DNA from: Archangiaceae bacterium
GTDB lineage: Bacteria; Myxococcota; Myxococcia; Myxococcales; Myxococcaceae
DNA length: 30,675 nt
Direction of reading: 5' to 3'
Assembly (NCBI GenBank): GCA_043750125.1
Contig: JAYVCD010000059.1
Span: 1 to 30,675 of the forward strand
How positions within the stretch are numbered: the stretch's first letter is position 1; each line of letters starts with the position of its first letter. This document shows, one piece after another, positions 29,274 through 30,675 of this stretch. The translations under genes were made by a program, and so were the position numbers. Below the pieces are notes generated by a model, which worked only from the letters and a program-made list of their open reading frames with translations, did not search any database and was not told where the DNA came from.

Positions 29274-30143
29274 AGCTTCACCGGTCTGCAGCCCCAACCA
29301 CTTTCCAAACCGGGCCATCACCCACGCGTGCACCGGCGCCTGACCGATGCGGTACAGCAGCCACGGAAGCGAAGGGACGAAGCCCATCAAGTTGGTGAAC
29401 AGCGCCGGGCCTTTGCTGGTTTGCACCACTCGAAATTCGAACAGCGAGTTGCCGGCAAACGCGCCTTCGAGCCAGCCACCCCCGCTCGCGAGCACTGCGG
29501 AATCTTTGGTGGTGCGGCCCTTGATCAACGACAGGCGCAACACCGGAGCCCCAAACGCACGCAGCGTCCACGCGTCACCGGTGCAGACCGCGCTCACTGC
29601 CGGGAGGGCCGCCGCCCAGTCGAAGTAGGCCCGGGCTGCCTGCTCCGCCGTCCACCCTGCCGGCAACGGCAGCCGCTGCAGCGACAGGACGTCCTTCCCG
29701 GCGCTGGGCCGAGGCGCGAGCAGCTCATTCGACTGGCTCGTGGGCTCGGGCTCGGAGGCCAGGGCCGCCTCGAGCGCGTCGGCCGAGTCGACCACTGTCA
29801 GCGGCACTCCGGCCGCGGCGAGCGCCACCAGCCGTTCGTCGTCCGGCCCACATCGCCAGACGAGGATTCGACGCAGGCCACACCGCGCGGCGGCCCGCGC
29901 AAAAGAATCGGCCATCAACAGCTCGAGGTCCTGCGGCCGGGCCTGGGTCAGTCGAAACGACCACCGGCTCGCACGCGCGAGGTAGAGGCCGATCTGGGCC
30001 CCCGCCAGCGCCGCTTCCGTTTCGGAAATCGACAACAGGTTGGTGCCGCTGCCAATGCGGCGAACACAGAAGCGGGACCCCAACCTTTCGGCCAGAGCCC
30101 CGCCTGTTTTTCCGGTGCCACCTGCGATCGCGATCGTCGTCAC
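29265..30143 (-). CDS. NAD(P)-binding epimerase-like protein, compact or degenerate
   Basis: IAIAGGTGKTG Rossmann motif, MADSFARAA; C-terminal SLQRLPLP...FEFR...FVPSLPWLLY...QAPVH. Confidence 0.7.
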   Translation of the reverse strand: MTTIAIAGGTGKTGGALAERLGSRFCVRRIGSGTNLLSISETEAALAGAQIGLYLARASRWSFRLTQARPQDLELLMADSFARAAARCGLRRILVWRCGPDDERLVALAAAGVPLTVVDSADALEAALASEPEPTSQSNELLAPRPSAGKDVLSLQRLPLPAGWTAEQAARAYFDWAAALPAVSAVCTGDAWTLRAFGAPVLRLSLIKGRTTKDSAVLASGGGWLEGAFAGNSLFEFRVVQTSKGPALFTNLMGFVPSLPWLLYRIGQAPVHAWVMARFGKWLGLQTGEASD

Positions 30144-30153
30144 GCGGGTGAAG

Positions 30154-30675
30154 CTAGTACGCGACTCCGACCTTCGCGGCGCTGCTCTTTACGGATTCGA
30201 ACACCCGGCCATCGAACGAGTCCTTCTCGGTCTTCGCATTCTTCGAAATCCACTCTTCGCGCTTCTTGCTCACCTCGATCACCTTCACTTCCAGTTGCTT
30301 GCGCTGCGCATTTTGCTGCTGAAGAAACTCGATCTGCTTCGGCTTGCTCATTCCGCGCAGGCTCTCAGGAAGCTCGTCCTCTTTCATCGCGGCGACTTTT
30401 TCCGGTGCCGCGGTGAGGTCGACCGCCGCGATGCTTCCTCCGCCCGACGCGCCCAGGCCGCTGTTGGAACGGAAGCTCAACCGGTCCGCACTCGCGGCCG
30501 GGGCCATCGCTTTGAGGTCCCGCTTGTACGCCTCTCCGTCGGCTCGGCCCCGCGCGGCTCCGGCGTAGACCGTGGTGTCGGCGACCGCCCCGTTGAGCTT
30601 CCCCAGCTCGGCATCGAAAGGAGTCGCCACCGCCACCATTCCTCCCGTCTGCCCAATCGAATCGAAGCTGCCATC
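30154..30675 (-). CDS. C-terminal part of a probable vWA-domain secreted protein (enters from the right edge)
   Basis: Frame open to the window end: DGSFDSIGQTGGMVAVATPFDAELGKLN...ELPESLRGM...coiled coil...DSFD. The vWA domain itself is not in the window. Confidence 0.7.
   Translation of the reverse strand, partial: DGSFDSIGQTGGMVAVATPFDAELGKLNGAVADTTVYAGAARGRADGEAYKRDLKAMAPAASADRLSFRSNSGLGASGGGSIAAVDLTAAPEKVAAMKEDELPESLRGMSKPKQIEFLQQQNAQRKQLEVKVIEVSKKREEWISKNAKTEKDSFDGRVFESVKSSAAKVGVAY

Overview
GC-rich chromosomal segment whose gene content suggests a myxobacterium (Myxococcota; this is inference from Ser/Thr kinase, PEGA, MopE-repeat lipoprotein and DUF1592/DUF1552 genes). It holds about 28 apparently intact or edge-truncated CDS: a REC-histidine kinase, a coupled kinase-PEGA-MopE lipoprotein-lipase operon, an aspartic protease, divergent TetR/Coq4-like genes, several lipoproteins, dihydroorotase, a Tat small subunit plus GMC oxidoreductase, a SWIM-SNF2 helicase, VapBC, DUF1592/DUF1552 and an ILVBL-like ThDP enzyme. 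It also has several decayed genes. I found no rRNA, tRNA, CRISPR, integrase or transposase. The best leads are a ~250-bp nested inverted-repeat element (17532-17785), the four-gene kinase operon, a TetR-operated Coq4 homologue, a lipoprotein fusing Fn3-like repeats to a histidine phosphatase, a CxxCH lipoprotein pair, and a 27-bp motif shared by two intergenic regions 25 kb apart. All family calls are by-eye motif recognition without database searches, so novelty is unverified.
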